From a virus: a DNA stretch of 64,000 bases. The stretch is taken from positions 13,299 to 77,298 of IMG/VR virus record IMGVR_UViG_3300042197_003344. The stretch is one strand, 5' to 3'. The notes under the pieces were generated by a model that saw only the letters and a program-made list of their open reading frames with translations, searched no databases and was not told the origin of the DNA. Position numbers and translations under genes: made by a program. Below, piece after piece: positions 45,183 to 55,865 of the stretch (position 1 is the stretch's first letter; each line of letters begins with the position of its first letter).

Positions 45183-45551
45183 TTAAACCAATAGAATGTA
45201 AGCGATACCTAGATAGGTGGCCTGATGTGCAAGTTGATCTAAACCAAATTGATTCCAAAATTGTGGCTTAGTGTTGTCTTTACAACCATATTTTACTTTT
45301 ACAAAATCTATTATGTAATGTAAAATTCCTTCAACAAATGCGATTATTAAAATTGCCAATCCCGATAATGGATGTATTAGGCTGAACAATAATAAAGCTA
45401 CTAATGTGCATAACACATGATCTGCACTGTGACTTATGCCAATGGGATCTAACCAAACGCCTTTTTTAACAGTCTGTAAATAGGTTTGGATTTTGAAATC
45501 TGCGTACCAATGTTTGATCTGAAGAAATAATAAAAGTAGCAGTATTTCCAT
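45183..45551 (-). CDS. DUF3307-like membrane protein
   Basis: KHWYADF..Q, H..IDF.K, GLDQLAH. Confidence 0.75.
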   Translation of the reverse strand: MEILLLLLFLQIKHWYADFKIQTYLQTVKKGVWLDPIGISHSADHVLCTLVALLLFSLIHPLSGLAILIIAFVEGILHYIIDFVKVKYGCKDNTKPQFWNQFGLDQLAHQATYLGIAYILLV

Positions 45552-45665
45552 TTATTCTATTTATATAGCATTTTCCCTAGATTTCAGGAAAAAGGCAGTC
45601 TTGAATAAAAACTCTTACATCTTCCTTATTTACTGAGGATCGATGACGGATTAATGCTGCGAGAA

Positions 45666-46724
45666 TTATTTTGCAATAGCAGATATTTTTGGAAATGCTT
45701 CTGCTGGTCTTGGAGAAATAGGATACGCAGCACTAACACTGATATTACTCACAGAAAGTAAATCTCCTAAACTATCTGCATAGTTTGTTCTAGCCGGGCG
45801 TTTACCTGCATGAACGAATAATATACCCATTCCTGCCGCTTTGGCACCAAAATATAATTCTAAATTGGCTAGCCCGTGATAATACAAAGCATCTTTTGCA
45901 TTTTTGCTTTTAAGAGATTCTTCTATCTGAGGTAGATATTTGTTATTAGAACCCCACAATGCTCCTATAGTAGCAACAGCATCTTTAACTATTTGATCCG
46001 CCTTATCTGGATTAGAATTCATTCCTGCTACTATATGTTCCATAGAGTAACCGCTTTTACCCGCACCGGTAATCAAATTTCCGTATTTTTGTAAAAATTT
46101 TGATACTTCTGCTGAGTATGGTGCAATATTTGTTTTCACATCATCATCGCTGAATCTACCTGCGGTTTTTCCGCCCTTGACTTCTATTTCGCGGTTATCG
46201 CTGATGACAGTTAGGTCACCTTTGCTTCCTTTAGTTAAATTTTTACTATGTGTGGAAAATAAAATTTCGCCGGGACCAATACGCTGTCCTGGTTGATACA
46301 TCAACATATCATCAAAATAATGGGCTACTTCGGCAGATGTATTATAGTAGGGAATAATCTTTGAAAGATCACTAGATGTTGCTTTCAATGCATTTAAATT
46401 CACAAGGCTGTCATCTTCTAACTTTAAGATAATATCTTTTATCTCTTTTGAAGTGAGCCCGTTTCCTATCATAAACTTAGCCATTTCCTTATAATGCGAT
46501 TTAGTATCTCTATCATCTACATTCGATAATGGGGTGGCAACAGCACCGTATGTTGAAGGTGTTTTGGGTTTAGTTTTGGTTCCTGGGCCATTAATGGCTA
46601 GATCTATTAAATCTTGAAGTTTTTGTAACAGTCGTGGGTCCGTATTTGGTGATAGTTTTTGCACACCTTGGGCGATCTGATTGATTTGCTGCGGAGTTTC
46701 AGTTATTAATTCAAATGCTCTCAT
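45666..46724 (-). CDS. Hypothetical protein with possible PD-(D/E)xK nuclease-like motif
   Basis: GPGE..GDL..EIEVKG; TAAATA 5 nt before ATG (MRAFELITE). Confidence 0.5.
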   Translation of the reverse strand: MRAFELITETPQQINQIAQGVQKLSPNTDPRLLQKLQDLIDLAINGPGTKTKPKTPSTYGAVATPLSNVDDRDTKSHYKEMAKFMIGNGLTSKEIKDIILKLEDDSLVNLNALKATSSDLSKIIPYYNTSAEVAHYFDDMLMYQPGQRIGPGEILFSTHSKNLTKGSKGDLTVISDNREIEVKGGKTAGRFSDDDVKTNIAPYSAEVSKFLQKYGNLITGAGKSGYSMEHIVAGMNSNPDKADQIVKDAVATIGALWGSNNKYLPQIEESLKSKNAKDALYYHGLANLELYFGAKAAGMGILFVHAGKRPARTNYADSLGDLLSVSNISVSAAYPISPRPAEAFPKISAIAK

Positions 46725-46735
46725 GCCAATATTTA

Positions 46736-47416
46736 TCAGATTTCTGGGAATAGACAATCCTGTATAAACACCCTAACATCCTCTTCAGAAAGGCCTAAAC
46801 TGACCATTACACGCGGTGTATGGGGGTTTTGCTTTTGATTTTGAGCATAGAAATTCTGTTCAAATGTAGTGTCTGCTACTTTATGGTTAGTTTCACCTAC
46901 TGTTTCTATGTAATGGTTTATTAGTATGTGTGCTAGATTTTCTATTTGATTTAATTCGTGTTCATCACTGACATTTCCTGCAGCTATCATACTCGAACTG
47001 AAAATACGCTGTGCCCAATCAGGAAGATCGCGTTTTTTAATCCATTCATATCTGCTGACTTCTTCAGCAAAATATTCTATCATCGGATGATTTCGATCAG
47101 TTGTGGGACTGTAATCTATGAAACAGCCTGTGATCTTGTTTTTGCCTGCGATTACGTCAAAGCCAAATATGGGAGCCGGGTTATGGGTATGCGGAAAGAC
47201 GCAGCAGTGCATCATCCAGAGACCCTTTGTGGATCGGGAATCGACTACATCGATATGGGCTCTGCGATAATTGCCGCTGCTCCAAACACGATTTACCCAA
47301 CCCGACTGATTAAATCTTTCCATGCCAGGTTCAAAAGCTTCTACACCTGTTTCTGAAAATTTATTTTCTAGTAGCTGTTGTATTTCTATTAGGGTGTCCC
47401 ATACTTTACTGTTCAA
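46736..47416 (-). CDS. Ferredoxin-dependent bilin reductase (PcyX/PcyA-like)
   Basis: RRAHID, MHCCVFP, PIFGFD, DYSP, LPDWAQRIFS, QKQNPHT. Confidence 0.85.
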   Translation of the reverse strand: MNSKVWDTLIEIQQLLENKFSETGVEAFEPGMERFNQSGWVNRVWSSGNYRRAHIDVVDSRSTKGLWMMHCCVFPHTHNPAPIFGFDVIAGKNKITGCFIDYSPTTDRNHPMIEYFAEEVSRYEWIKKRDLPDWAQRIFSSSMIAAGNVSDEHELNQIENLAHILINHYIETVGETNHKVADTTFEQNFYAQNQKQNPHTPRVMVSLGLSEEDVRVFIQDCLFPEI

Positions 47417-47900
47417 GTGGTTCTCCTTGATCGTTCACTTCGATCCAAGTGTAGTCTCCCAACCATTTTACTCTGCAGATATATTCATACCAATCTGGTG
47501 CTCCGGTACTCCAGTCATTAGGACCATGAAGTGTAAGAAGTGTACCACCTTTTCTATTATCATATGCTAACCAATATATCTGTCCGTGGTAGGTTTGAAA
47601 TTGATATTTGGCCGCGTGGACTAGATCTGTAATCTCTAATCTACGTTTTATGCTGGCTGCTTGTTTTTGGAGCACAGCCACCAACTCCATTATGCGATTA
47701 TACTCTTGTTGCCCGTGCATACGAGCAACATTGACCATTATATCTTTTTGTTTTTCGACAGGTATAAGATCAAATGCTGGACCGCCAACTTCGGTTGGAT
47801 AAGGGGTAACGTTTCTATTAAAAAATTGTACGAGAGAATCACCGACTTGACTGTCGTAACTGTCCTTGCCTTTGGCTCGATTACTTTTGTGATCCGTCAT
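47406..47900 (-). CDS. DUF2452-like protein
   Basis: TPYPTEVGGPAF..A.YQF..GQIYWL..GPNDW. Confidence 0.7.
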   Translation of the reverse strand: MTDHKSNRAKGKDSYDSQVGDSLVQFFNRNVTPYPTEVGGPAFDLIPVEKQKDIMVNVARMHGQQEYNRIMELVAVLQKQAASIKRRLEITDLVHAAKYQFQTYHGQIYWLAYDNRKGGTLLTLHGPNDWSTGAPDWYEYICRVKWLGDYTWIEVNDQGEPLEQ

Positions 47901-48429
47901 TTAGGTCTTTCATAATTCGGATAGCCCATTCAAAGGCTACGCGAGCTTCGTCGCCTAAATCATCTGTTAGTTCTGCACGAATCTGTTCTTTAAGTTTTTC
48001 CGGATCTTTAAATTTGTAAAAACGACCTTGGCCAGGTACACGTTTAGCTATCATCTGACCTCCGTACAGGTCGCCCATATGTCGACAGTAAAGATGTGCT
48101 TTGATTAAATTCTTTCTTTCTGGATCATTGGATAGTTCTAGTAGATAATTATGATACTCGATAGTAGAAGGTAACCATTTAAAATTATGATCTTTGCCTG
48201 CTAGTTCAATAAAATCTTGATAAATCGGCCAGGCTCTTTCTATATCCGGTAGGTTAGTGAAATTGCCTAGTATTTTGTTACCCATTTCAATAGGTTGATA
48301 AATCAAAACCATTTGCCATAGATAGTTGGCATAATCTTCTTTGGATATAGATCCGCTTAGAAGTTTCTTAGCGAATTCTGTGCGTTCTGCATCTGAATGC
48401 AAGTCTTTGGTTATTTCTCGTAAGCTCAT
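47881..48429 (-). CDS. hemO: Heme oxygenase
   Basis: LREITKDLHSDAE, AHLYCRHMGDLYGGQMI, EARVAF. Confidence 0.9.
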   Translation of the reverse strand: MSLREITKDLHSDAERTEFAKKLLSGSISKEDYANYLWQMVLIYQPIEMGNKILGNFTNLPDIERAWPIYQDFIELAGKDHNFKWLPSTIEYHNYLLELSNDPERKNLIKAHLYCRHMGDLYGGQMIAKRVPGQGRFYKFKDPEKLKEQIRAELTDDLGDEARVAFEWAIRIMKDLNDGSQK

Positions 48430-48439
48430 AGTGAGTTAT

Positions 48440-48706
48440 TTACACTTTAGAAATTTTCAATAACAATAATAAGAGATCTTTTTCGTTGTCAAATTTAATG
48501 AAAAAGGTGTTTCCGTTATTTTTTTGATATTGCCATTTAGCACCTAATTTTCCGAAGGACTGTTCTATTGTTTTGATAAAATCCAATCTACCTAATCTTC
48601 CTAAAGTAGCTGCCGGAGTTCTGTAATCTTTGATCAACGCCCAATGTCCAAATCTTTTCGATCCCACATTTTGATAAGAAACTATTTTGTAATTTTCTTG
48701 TATCAT
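48440..48706 (-). CDS. Hypothetical protein (related to small F-x-L-K paralogs)
   Basis: FG..W..FIKFDNEKDLLLLLLK. Confidence 0.55.
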   Translation of the reverse strand: MIQENYKIVSYQNVGSKRFGHWALIKDYRTPAATLGRLGRLDFIKTIEQSFGKLGAKWQYQKNNGNTFFIKFDNEKDLLLLLLKISKV

Positions 48707-49002
48707 TCTCTTTCTAAATTAATCTGTAACGGAAAACCGTTCAGTCTAGAAAGTTTAGTTGATTCTACTGATTTATGTTCAGCGATTTCATAATTGAAAA
48801 CCCCTACTACAGCAGAACCTGTGTTATGGATTTCTAAGGTAAGATCCTTGGCCACATCTTCTTTGTGTTTGAAAATCGATGTCAAAAGTTCGATGACAAA
48901 TTCCATTGGAGTTTGGTCATCATTTAAAAAAACCACTTTCCATAAAGAAGGAGGTTGTAAATTAACTTTAACTTTTTCTTCTGTTTTGATTTCTGTGCTC
49001 AT
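48703..49002 (-). CDS. clpS: N-degron adaptor ClpS
   Basis: KVVFLNDDQTPMEFV..IHNTG..EIAE.K..FPL. Confidence 0.92.
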   Translation of the reverse strand: MSTEIKTEEKVKVNLQPPSLWKVVFLNDDQTPMEFVIELLTSIFKHKEDVAKDLTLEIHNTGSAVVGVFNYEIAEHKSVESTKLSRLNGFPLQINLERE

Positions 49003-49044
49003 TCGATGCTCCGGTATCAGTGGGGGATTTCTCCCCCACTATTA

Positions 49045-49482
49045 TTACTTAACCTCTACGATATCGATTACTTTAGGTTTGGCAGACTCTGGAATATTTC
49101 TTGTCAATTTAATAGACAGCATTCCGTTTTGTGTCTCTGCACCTACTACTTCGATATGTTCAGCCAAAGGAAATTCTTTGCAGAAATCTCTGGTAGCCAG
49201 TCCTCGATGTAGATATACGATTTCTGCACTTTCGTTCGGTGTTTCGCTTTCTCCTTTAACGATTAATACATTATCCTCTACAGTTACTGAAATTTCTTCT
49301 TTCTTAAATCCGGTAACAGCAATCTGGATTTCGTATTGATTCTCGCCAGTTTTGAGAATGTTATGTGGTGGGTAGTTATTGGATACACTATTAGCGAAGC
49401 GTCGTTCCATTTGATCGAACATCGTGTCGAAACCAATAAGTGCTCTGTTGATAGCATCAAGTCTTGCTAGTGCGTTATTCAT
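49045..49482 (-). CDS. Small heat-shock protein Hsp20 (IbpA-like)
   Basis: IGFD, NYPPHNI, YLHRGLA.R.F, NGML. Confidence 0.92.
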   Translation of the reverse strand: MNNALARLDAINRALIGFDTMFDQMERRFANSVSNNYPPHNILKTGENQYEIQIAVTGFKKEEISVTVEDNVLIVKGESETPNESAEIVYLHRGLATRDFCKEFPLAEHIEVVGAETQNGMLSIKLTRNIPESAKPKVIDIVEVK

Positions 49483-49486
49483 AATG

Positions 49487-49525
49487 ATCTCCTTATAAAG
49501 TAAGATAAACTGGGCCCTATGCCCT
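49487..49525 (-). promoter_or_regulatory. ROSE-like RNA thermometer candidate (hsp20 leader)
   Basis: atcttacttt/ataaggagat sequesters SD; blocks identical to dnaK leader. Confidence 0.6.
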
Positions 49526-49537
49526 TATTACCGATCC

Positions 49538-49717
49538 TCACCCGAGTGACCTGTAATTCTTTTTTTCTGTTTCTTGAAGAGTTTCTTCTGCGATTAGTTT
49601 AGAAACTTCTTCAATTGCAGATTGTTCTTTTTTAAAGATAGTATCCCAATTAGAATCGAAAGTTTTTTGATCGACACTGAACGGGCGAGCTCTACTACCT
49701 TTACCTGCTTCAGCCAT
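49538..49717 (-). CDS. Small phage protein (59 aa, not in ORF track)
   Basis: MAEAGKGSRARPFSVDQKTFDSNWDTIF... Confidence 0.65.
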   Translation of the reverse strand: MAEAGKGSRARPFSVDQKTFDSNWDTIFKKEQSAIEEVSKLIAEETLQETEKKNYRSLG

Positions 49718-49720
49718 CGC

Positions 49721-51622
49721 TCATTCCTTTTTTTCTGTAAACGTAGCATCCACTACATTATCATCTGTAGGACCTTCGCTGGCTGCTGTTTCCTGAGATG
49801 CTTGCTGTTTAGATTGCTTCTTTTCTAACAGTGTTTTCATTGCAGGATAAACTTTATTCAATTCTTCGGTAATTTTATCCTTGTCGTCACTCTTGAGAGA
49901 TTCTTCCACTGATTTTAATGCAGACTCTAATTCGTTGATTTCGGATTCAGAAAGTTCGTTACGATGTTCCTCGAGATCTTTCTTGACTTCGTGAATTTGA
50001 GCTTCTGCAGAGTTCTTAGTATCGATTAGTTCTCTAGCTTTTTTATCAGCTTCTGCATTTATTTCAGCATCTTGAATCATTTGTTCAATCTGTTCTTTGC
50101 TCAGACCGCTATCTGATTTGATAGTGATCTTATTTTCTTTACCTGTGTTTTTGTCTTTGGCAGAGATATTCATAATACCATTGGCATCAATATCAAAGGT
50201 AACTTCGATCTGAGGTAGTCCTCGACGTGCCGGGGCAATGCCTTCGAGATTAAATTCACCTAATAGCTTGTTGTGCTGAACAAGCTCGCGCTCGCCTTGG
50301 AATACTTTGATAGTAACAGCAGGCTGATTGTCTTCAGCTGTTGAGAATGTCTGTTGACCTTTGGTAGGAATGGTAGTGTTCTTTTGAATGATCTTTGCCA
50401 TAACACCACCCAAGGTCTCAATACCCAAGCTCAGTGGAGTTACATCCAATAAAAGAACATCGGTTCTATCTCCGCCTAGCACAGCGCCTTGGATAGCAGC
50501 ACCTACAGCAACAGCTTCGTCTGGATTCACATCCTTACGCGGGGCTTTGCCAAATAGCTTTTCTACTTCTTCTTGTACCTTAGGCATACGTGTTTGGCCG
50601 CCAACAAGAATAACTTCGTCGATGTCTGTGGCAGTAACACCTGCATCTTGCATGGCCGTGCGACAAGGAGCAAGGCTGCGTTGGATTAGATCCTCCACCA
50701 GGCTTTCTAGTTTGGCCTTGGTTAGCTTAACTACTAAATGTTTAGGACCGCTAGCATCAGCAGTGATGTAAGGTAAATTTACTTCAGTTTGTGTAGAATT
50801 TGAAAGTTCGATTTTAGCTTTTTCAGCTGAGTCTTTCAATCTTTGTAAGGCCAACACATCTTTGGTTAAATCAACACCTTGTTCTTTTCTAAATTCTTCA
50901 ACAAGGTAATCCATAATACGTTGATCAAAGTCTTCACCGCCTAGGAAGGTATCTCCGTTAGTGGAAAGAACTTCGATTTGTTTGTCTCCATCGACATTAG
51001 CGATTTCGATAATCGACACATCGAACGTGCCGCCACCCAGGTCATAAACAGCGATTTTACGATCTGCCTTATCCTGCTTATCAACACCGTAGGCCAATGC
51101 GGCTGCTGTGGGCTCGTTGATAATACGCAGAACTTCTAATCCCGCAATCTGTCCAGCATCTTTAGTTGCTTGTCGTTGGCTGTCGTTGAAGTAAGCAGGA
51201 ACTGTGATAACTGCCTGAGTGACCGTAGTGCCAAGATAGTCTTCGGCGGTCTTCTTCATCTTGCGCAGTACTTCAGCAGAAATCTGTGGTGGTGCTAGTT
51301 CTTTACCTTGTGTTCTAACCCATGCATCTCCGTTTTTACTTTCCATAATTTCATATGGCATTAGGTCAATATCTTTCTGCACAGCTTGTTCTTTGAACTT
51401 GCGTCCAATTAGACGTTTAGCTGCATAAATTGTATTTTTAGGATTAGTGATTGATTGACGTTTTGCACTGGCGCCAACTAGAACTTCTTCGTTGGTATAG
51501 GCAACAATACTTGGTGTAGTGCGAGCACCTTCAGAATTTTCAATGACTTTGGGAGTTCCATTTTCGACGATTGCCACGCATGAATTGGTGGTGCCGAGGT
51601 CAATACCGATGATTTTAGACAT
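49721..51622 (-). CDS. dnaK: Chaperone DnaK (Hsp70)
   Basis: [25 protein letters not shown]; full length. Confidence 0.98.
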   Translation of the reverse strand: MSKIIGIDLGTTNSCVAIVENGTPKVIENSEGARTTPSIVAYTNEEVLVGASAKRQSITNPKNTIYAAKRLIGRKFKEQAVQKDIDLMPYEIMESKNGDAWVRTQGKELAPPQISAEVLRKMKKTAEDYLGTTVTQAVITVPAYFNDSQRQATKDAGQIAGLEVLRIINEPTAAALAYGVDKQDKADRKIAVYDLGGGTFDVSIIEIANVDGDKQIEVLSTNGDTFLGGEDFDQRIMDYLVEEFRKEQGVDLTKDVLALQRLKDSAEKAKIELSNSTQTEVNLPYITADASGPKHLVVKLTKAKLESLVEDLIQRSLAPCRTAMQDAGVTATDIDEVILVGGQTRMPKVQEEVEKLFGKAPRKDVNPDEAVAVGAAIQGAVLGGDRTDVLLLDVTPLSLGIETLGGVMAKIIQKNTTIPTKGQQTFSTAEDNQPAVTIKVFQGERELVQHNKLLGEFNLEGIAPARRGLPQIEVTFDIDANGIMNISAKDKNTGKENKITIKSDSGLSKEQIEQMIQDAEINAEADKKARELIDTKNSAEAQIHEVKKDLEEHRNELSESEINELESALKSVEESLKSDDKDKITEELNKVYPAMKTLLEKKQSKQQASQETAASEGPTDDNVVDATFTEKKE

Positions 51623-51626
51623 ACAT

Positions 51627-51670
51627 ATCTCCTTATAAAGTAAGATCTAATTGTTTGGGCCCTATGCCCT
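51627..51670 (-). promoter_or_regulatory. ROSE-like RNA thermometer candidate (dnaK leader)
   Basis: Same 20-nt and 15-nt blocks as hsp20 leader. Confidence 0.6.
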
Positions 51671-51706
51671 ATAAACTGCCCGTTTGGTACAGTTTACGAA
51701 TTTTAT

Positions 51707-52291
51707 TTATCTTTGATTAGCCAGAGGCATAAACAATTTTCCGTCTAATCCAGAACTGGCTGTTCTTAGTGCTTTAAAAACGTTTTGAACTCCAACTGCT
51801 TGATTCCAGGCATCTTCTAGAGCGTGATGTTTTAGCACGGGTGGACGTTTTGGATCTATTCCTAGATCAAACAAAGTTCGAGTATCGCGAACTTCCCAAA
51901 ATTGCCAAGGAACAGCTTTTCCTATTTTACGGAATAAATTTTCACAGATGATGACATCAAAGCCTGCACCGTGACTCCAAACACGTTTAGCACCCCAGCA
52001 GAACTTATACAGTTGATTCATAGCATCAACGATATCGATCCTACCATTGGGATCAAAGGCTTCGTCCTGCGCTGCTTGACTTTGACTAGCCCACCAATCT
52101 AATGTGGCTTGACTGACTGTGCATCCTAATCGATCGCAACTGTCCAAATCAACTTTAACGTAAAACTTTTCACAAGACGGATCTTTTACATCGTCACCAA
52201 AAGGATCAAATTTTACAGCACCTATGGTTAGTATAGTAGCGGAGGGGAGAACATCTAAGGTCTCCATGTCAATCATGATATCTGTATTCAT
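51707..52291 (-). CDS. DEDDh 3'-5' exonuclease (RNase AS/DUF5051-like)
   Basis: IDMET, FD, RDTRT, HHALEDA. Confidence 0.85.
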   Translation of the reverse strand: MNTDIMIDMETLDVLPSATILTIGAVKFDPFGDDVKDPSCEKFYVKVDLDSCDRLGCTVSQATLDWWASQSQAAQDEAFDPNGRIDIVDAMNQLYKFCWGAKRVWSHGAGFDVIICENLFRKIGKAVPWQFWEVRDTRTLFDLGIDPKRPPVLKHHALEDAWNQAVGVQNVFKALRTASSGLDGKLFMPLANQR

Positions 52292-52329
52292 ACTACTATT
52301 ATACTTTCTCTTATTATATAAATCAAGTA

Positions 52330-53349
52330 TTATTTTACGAATACGTCATTGATTTGTCTATTGACTCTGATAAATGTTGTACACTTACTCAATTGTTTTA
52401 AACTAGATGCACCTACATATGTACAGGAACTACGTAGACCTCCCAACAGATCTAATACGGTATCTTCTACAGCACCTTTATATTTTATTTCCACTGTTCT
52501 TCCTTCTGAACTGCGATAGCTAGCCATGCCGCCGCTGTGTTTGTTCATAGCGGTATCTGAACTCATACCGTAGAATGTGACCTTACCGTCCTTGACCTCG
52601 CCACCGCCTTCGTCGTGTCCTGCCAGCATACCGCCTAGCATCACAAAGTCTGCACCAGCGCCGAAAGCTTTAGCAACATCGCCAGGGCATACACATCCGC
52701 CATCAGCGATAATATGCCCACCGAGACCATGAGCGGCATCGGCACATTCAATAATGGCAGAAAGCTGAGGGTAACCCACACCAGTTTGAATACGAGTAGT
52801 GCAAACGCTGCCAGGGCCAATCCCCACTTTAATAATATCTGCGCCACGTAAAATTAACTCCTGTGTCATATCCGCGGTAACCACATTACCGGCGATAATA
52901 GTTTTATCTGGCCAAGCATCACGAACGTCGGCTACATAATCGCCGAATGATTCACTATATCCGTTGGCTACATCGATGCAGATAAAATGAATTTCTGGAT
53001 AGGCGTTGATAATTCTGCTGAGTCTACGAAAATCATTTTCGTTAGTTCCTGTGCTGACAGCAAAATAGTTACCTCCTATTTTTCCTGGAAGATCAAATAA
53101 ATCATCTTCGTCGTATGTTTTTACTAGACAAGTGAAAAGTCTATGATTGTAGAGAGCCTCAGCCATAGCTAGGGTACCAACACCGTCCATATTACTGGCC
53201 ATAATAGGGACACCAGTCCATTCTGTTTTACTGTGTCGGAATTTATATGTTCTTTTGAGATCTACTTCTTTGCGACTTGAAAGAGTAGAACGCTTGGGAC
53301 GGATGAGCACATCACGGAAGTCTAATTTGACTTCATCTTCGATACGCAT
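52330..53349 (-). CDS. guaC: GMP reductase
   Basis: [36 protein letters not shown]. Confidence 0.93.
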   Translation of the reverse strand: MRIEDEVKLDFRDVLIRPKRSTLSSRKEVDLKRTYKFRHSKTEWTGVPIMASNMDGVGTLAMAEALYNHRLFTCLVKTYDEDDLFDLPGKIGGNYFAVSTGTNENDFRRLSRIINAYPEIHFICIDVANGYSESFGDYVADVRDAWPDKTIIAGNVVTADMTQELILRGADIIKVGIGPGSVCTTRIQTGVGYPQLSAIIECADAAHGLGGHIIADGGCVCPGDVAKAFGAGADFVMLGGMLAGHDEGGGEVKDGKVTFYGMSSDTAMNKHSGGMASYRSSEGRTVEIKYKGAVEDTVLDLLGGLRSSCTYVGASSLKQLSKCTTFIRVNRQINDVFVK

Positions 53350-53361
53350 TTGATACCTTTC

Positions 53362-53589
53362 TTAGAAATTCTTGGGAGGAAGTTGTTGTTCGCGAAGTTT
53401 CTTTTGCCAACGTGCTTTGGCAGCGCCGGCCTTGCGTTTTCTTGTCGTAGTTGGTTTTTCGTAGAATTCTTTCTTGCGTAATGTATCAAGAATTCCCGAT
53501 TCTTCTACTTTCTTTTTAAATCTTCTTAGAGCCTGATTGATATTTTCGTGCTCTTTTACAAATACTTTTGATCCTTTGATATTATCCAT
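53362..53589 (-). CDS. rpsU: 30S ribosomal protein bS21
   Basis: [21 protein letters not shown]. Confidence 0.92.
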   Translation of the reverse strand: MDNIKGSKVFVKEHENINQALRRFKKKVEESGILDTLRKKEFYEKPTTTRKRKAGAAKARWQKKLREQQLPPKNF

Positions 53590-53597
53590 ATGTTATA

Positions 53598-53969
53598 TTA
53601 TAATGTTAAATTTAAGATTTTTGTAACATCGTCTGCATTGTATATATTCCTATTATTGGCAGGCGATAAAATTTTTAATATTCCGAAATAATAAGAATAC
53701 TTCTGTGCAGCCATATATCCTATTATAATATCGTTTTCGCTATCTGCATTGAAAATTATTAGATCACTTTTATGTTTTTTGTCCAATAACCAGTCTACAG
53801 AATCCCCGGATCTCCAAATATAAGAAACGATACTGCCAAAGCCATCTGATCGTGCCAGAGCGTCTGAAACTATCTGATTTTGATCTATATTTAGATCTAC
53901 TAGCAATAACCTTAAACCATCTACTTGAACATCATCGGGGTCTGTAACTAATATTACACTGTCTGTCAT
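53598..53969 (-). CDS. Hypothetical protein
   Basis: Coupled ORF. Confidence 0.7.
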   Translation of the reverse strand: MTDSVILVTDPDDVQVDGLRLLLVDLNIDQNQIVSDALARSDGFGSIVSYIWRSGDSVDWLLDKKHKSDLIIFNADSENDIIIGYMAAQKYSYYFGILKILSPANNRNIYNADDVTKILNLTL

Positions 53970-55453
53970 TTTTTACTTTCTTGTATCCGACTCCAAATGG
54001 TATTTTCATTCTGTTCGGCATTTTGTTTGTATCCGCTCAGAGTTCTTTGGTTTTCTTCACTTGCTGAAGACCGTCCCTCTCCATCCAAGTCATTGTCTTT
54101 TTTTTTGAGATTAAGTTGCTCTTCAGCCCATTTGGCTGCTTCTATAGCGGCTTCATCGTCTTCGTTGACAAAATCTGGTTTTGGTTCTAGATATTCTTCC
54201 CAGGGTAGTTTATCTATCACTCCCTTTTCCAGGAGTTTTCTTTGCATCTTTAAAGAACTTTCTGGATTATCAGCCTTCCATCGAGCCATCGCTTCTTTTT
54301 CTGAGTGATGTGCGTTCTCTAAGATTTCAATATCTTCTATTTCTTTTTCTTCTTCTACAGCCTTTTCGGCTTCCTCTAGCATCTTATTCCATTTATCAAG
54401 ATCTGATTCTTTTTCGTTATTAGGAATTTCGGCAGAAGGAGATTGTTGATTATCTTCCCAAGGTTTTCCATCTGGGTATAGATCTTTATCGTCGGCTAAA
54501 AATTTGAAATCTTCTTCTTTAGTTTCTTCTTTAGGTTCTGCGACAGGAAAAGGCCATGGGGAATGTACATAATCATTTTCCAGCGGCTCTGGCATATTAT
54601 TCAATTCGTGTATGTCGCTTGCCATTTCGTCGTCAAGAAAATCAGTTGACGTTTTTTCTAGATCCTGTTCTTCTTTTTGTCTAAACCAAGAAAAGCTGTA
54701 TTGACTGGCTAGTAATAAAATGATTGCCAGCGGATCGAACACTAGAACTATGGTGATGATGACCCATCTCACTGCTCGTTCTAATAGATTACTATCCGGA
54801 TTATCTCCGTAGATCAAAGCAGCGATGTATTTAATCGGGCCGACTTCGGCCTCAACTTTTCTTAATTCTTTGGCGATTGGTGCTCGTTCTTCGTTGAGTT
54901 TACTAATGTTACTCTGTGCAGTAGCAATATCTTTTTGCAGTCTTGCTCGTTCTGCCTGTTGATTTCGTCTAATTTGTACAGCTCGCTGAGCTGCCTGTTC
55001 TGAATCAGATCTGGACATTGTTTGGTCCACAGCCTCGTCCATTTGTTTAAGAGCACGTCTAGACGCATCGATGTTCTCCCTTTCAGTTTTGATCTTTTCA
55101 TCGATTAACGCGACCTTATCGGCAACGTCACCCGTGGGCACTGCCTGGTCGAGGTGTGCCTTTGAAAGATAACCAAAAATACCCATTGAGGTTATCAGCA
55201 TTAAAACTGTGATAGCTATCAACAGATATGTTTTTAAGAATCTAGGGGCAATTAGCCAATTTTGCTTCAACCAAACTGTAGCAGATAATTTGCCTACTTC
55301 TAACACTACTCCCATAACCATAATAGGAATGGCGGCTGCGGCGAATATACTGACTAGACCCGCTACAGAATAATAAATGGCCACAGCGGAAATTGATAAT
55401 CCGCTGAGTAAAGCCAACCAGGCTATGATTTTATCGCTGATATTGATTTTCAT
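53966..55453 (-). CDS. Membrane protein with coiled coil (DUF4407-like) and acidic tail
   Basis: TM segments, TSMGIFGYLSKAH, EVGPIKY, VFDPLA. Confidence 0.75.
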   Translation of the reverse strand: MKINISDKIIAWLALLSGLSISAVAIYYSVAGLVSIFAAAAIPIMVMGVVLEVGKLSATVWLKQNWLIAPRFLKTYLLIAITVLMLITSMGIFGYLSKAHLDQAVPTGDVADKVALIDEKIKTERENIDASRRALKQMDEAVDQTMSRSDSEQAAQRAVQIRRNQQAERARLQKDIATAQSNISKLNEERAPIAKELRKVEAEVGPIKYIAALIYGDNPDSNLLERAVRWVIITIVLVFDPLAIILLLASQYSFSWFRQKEEQDLEKTSTDFLDDEMASDIHELNNMPEPLENDYVHSPWPFPVAEPKEETKEEDFKFLADDKDLYPDGKPWEDNQQSPSAEIPNNEKESDLDKWNKMLEEAEKAVEEEKEIEDIEILENAHHSEKEAMARWKADNPESSLKMQRKLLEKGVIDKLPWEEYLEPKPDFVNEDDEAAIEAAKWAEEQLNLKKKDNDLDGEGRSSASEENQRTLSGYKQNAEQNENTIWSRIQESKK

Positions 55454-55457
55454 TGAA

Positions 55458-55865
55458 TTAATATTTATCGACCAACCATCTCCAATTATTATGCGCATTT
55501 TCAAAACAAGCAGTCTGCGTCATAACTTTCTCAGTGTCATATGCGATAACCTGCATATGAATCCTTCTACAATAGCCAGAACCTGTGGGCCAAGTCATAA
55601 CCGGCACCGCAAGACCGCTGGCCTTATTTTGGTACCATTTTACTGTTTGTCCGTTTTCTGCGAACATTACTGCGTGTGTGACAGCCTGGTTATGTGCTGC
55701 CTTTTCCTGGGTATCTAAAGTTTTAAACCATCCGAAAGAAAAATCTATCATATGGTTTACAAAGTTTCCACCTTGGTAATTGAAAAATTTTGGATTATCT
55801 ATATCATTGGCGTTGGCATTATTGCACAATATGGCCAATGGTATTAACAATTTCCCAACTGCCAT
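55458..55865 (-). CDS. Exported surface-antigen-like protein (RT0821/Lpp0805-like)
   Basis: W....G..P..GYCR...TAC...W; start uncertain. Confidence 0.6.
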   Translation of the reverse strand: MAVGKLLIPLAILCNNANANDIDNPKFFNYQGGNFVNHMIDFSFGWFKTLDTQEKAAHNQAVTHAVMFAENGQTVKWYQNKASGLAVPVMTWPTGSGYCRRIHMQVIAYDTEKVMTQTACFENAHNNWRWLVDKY

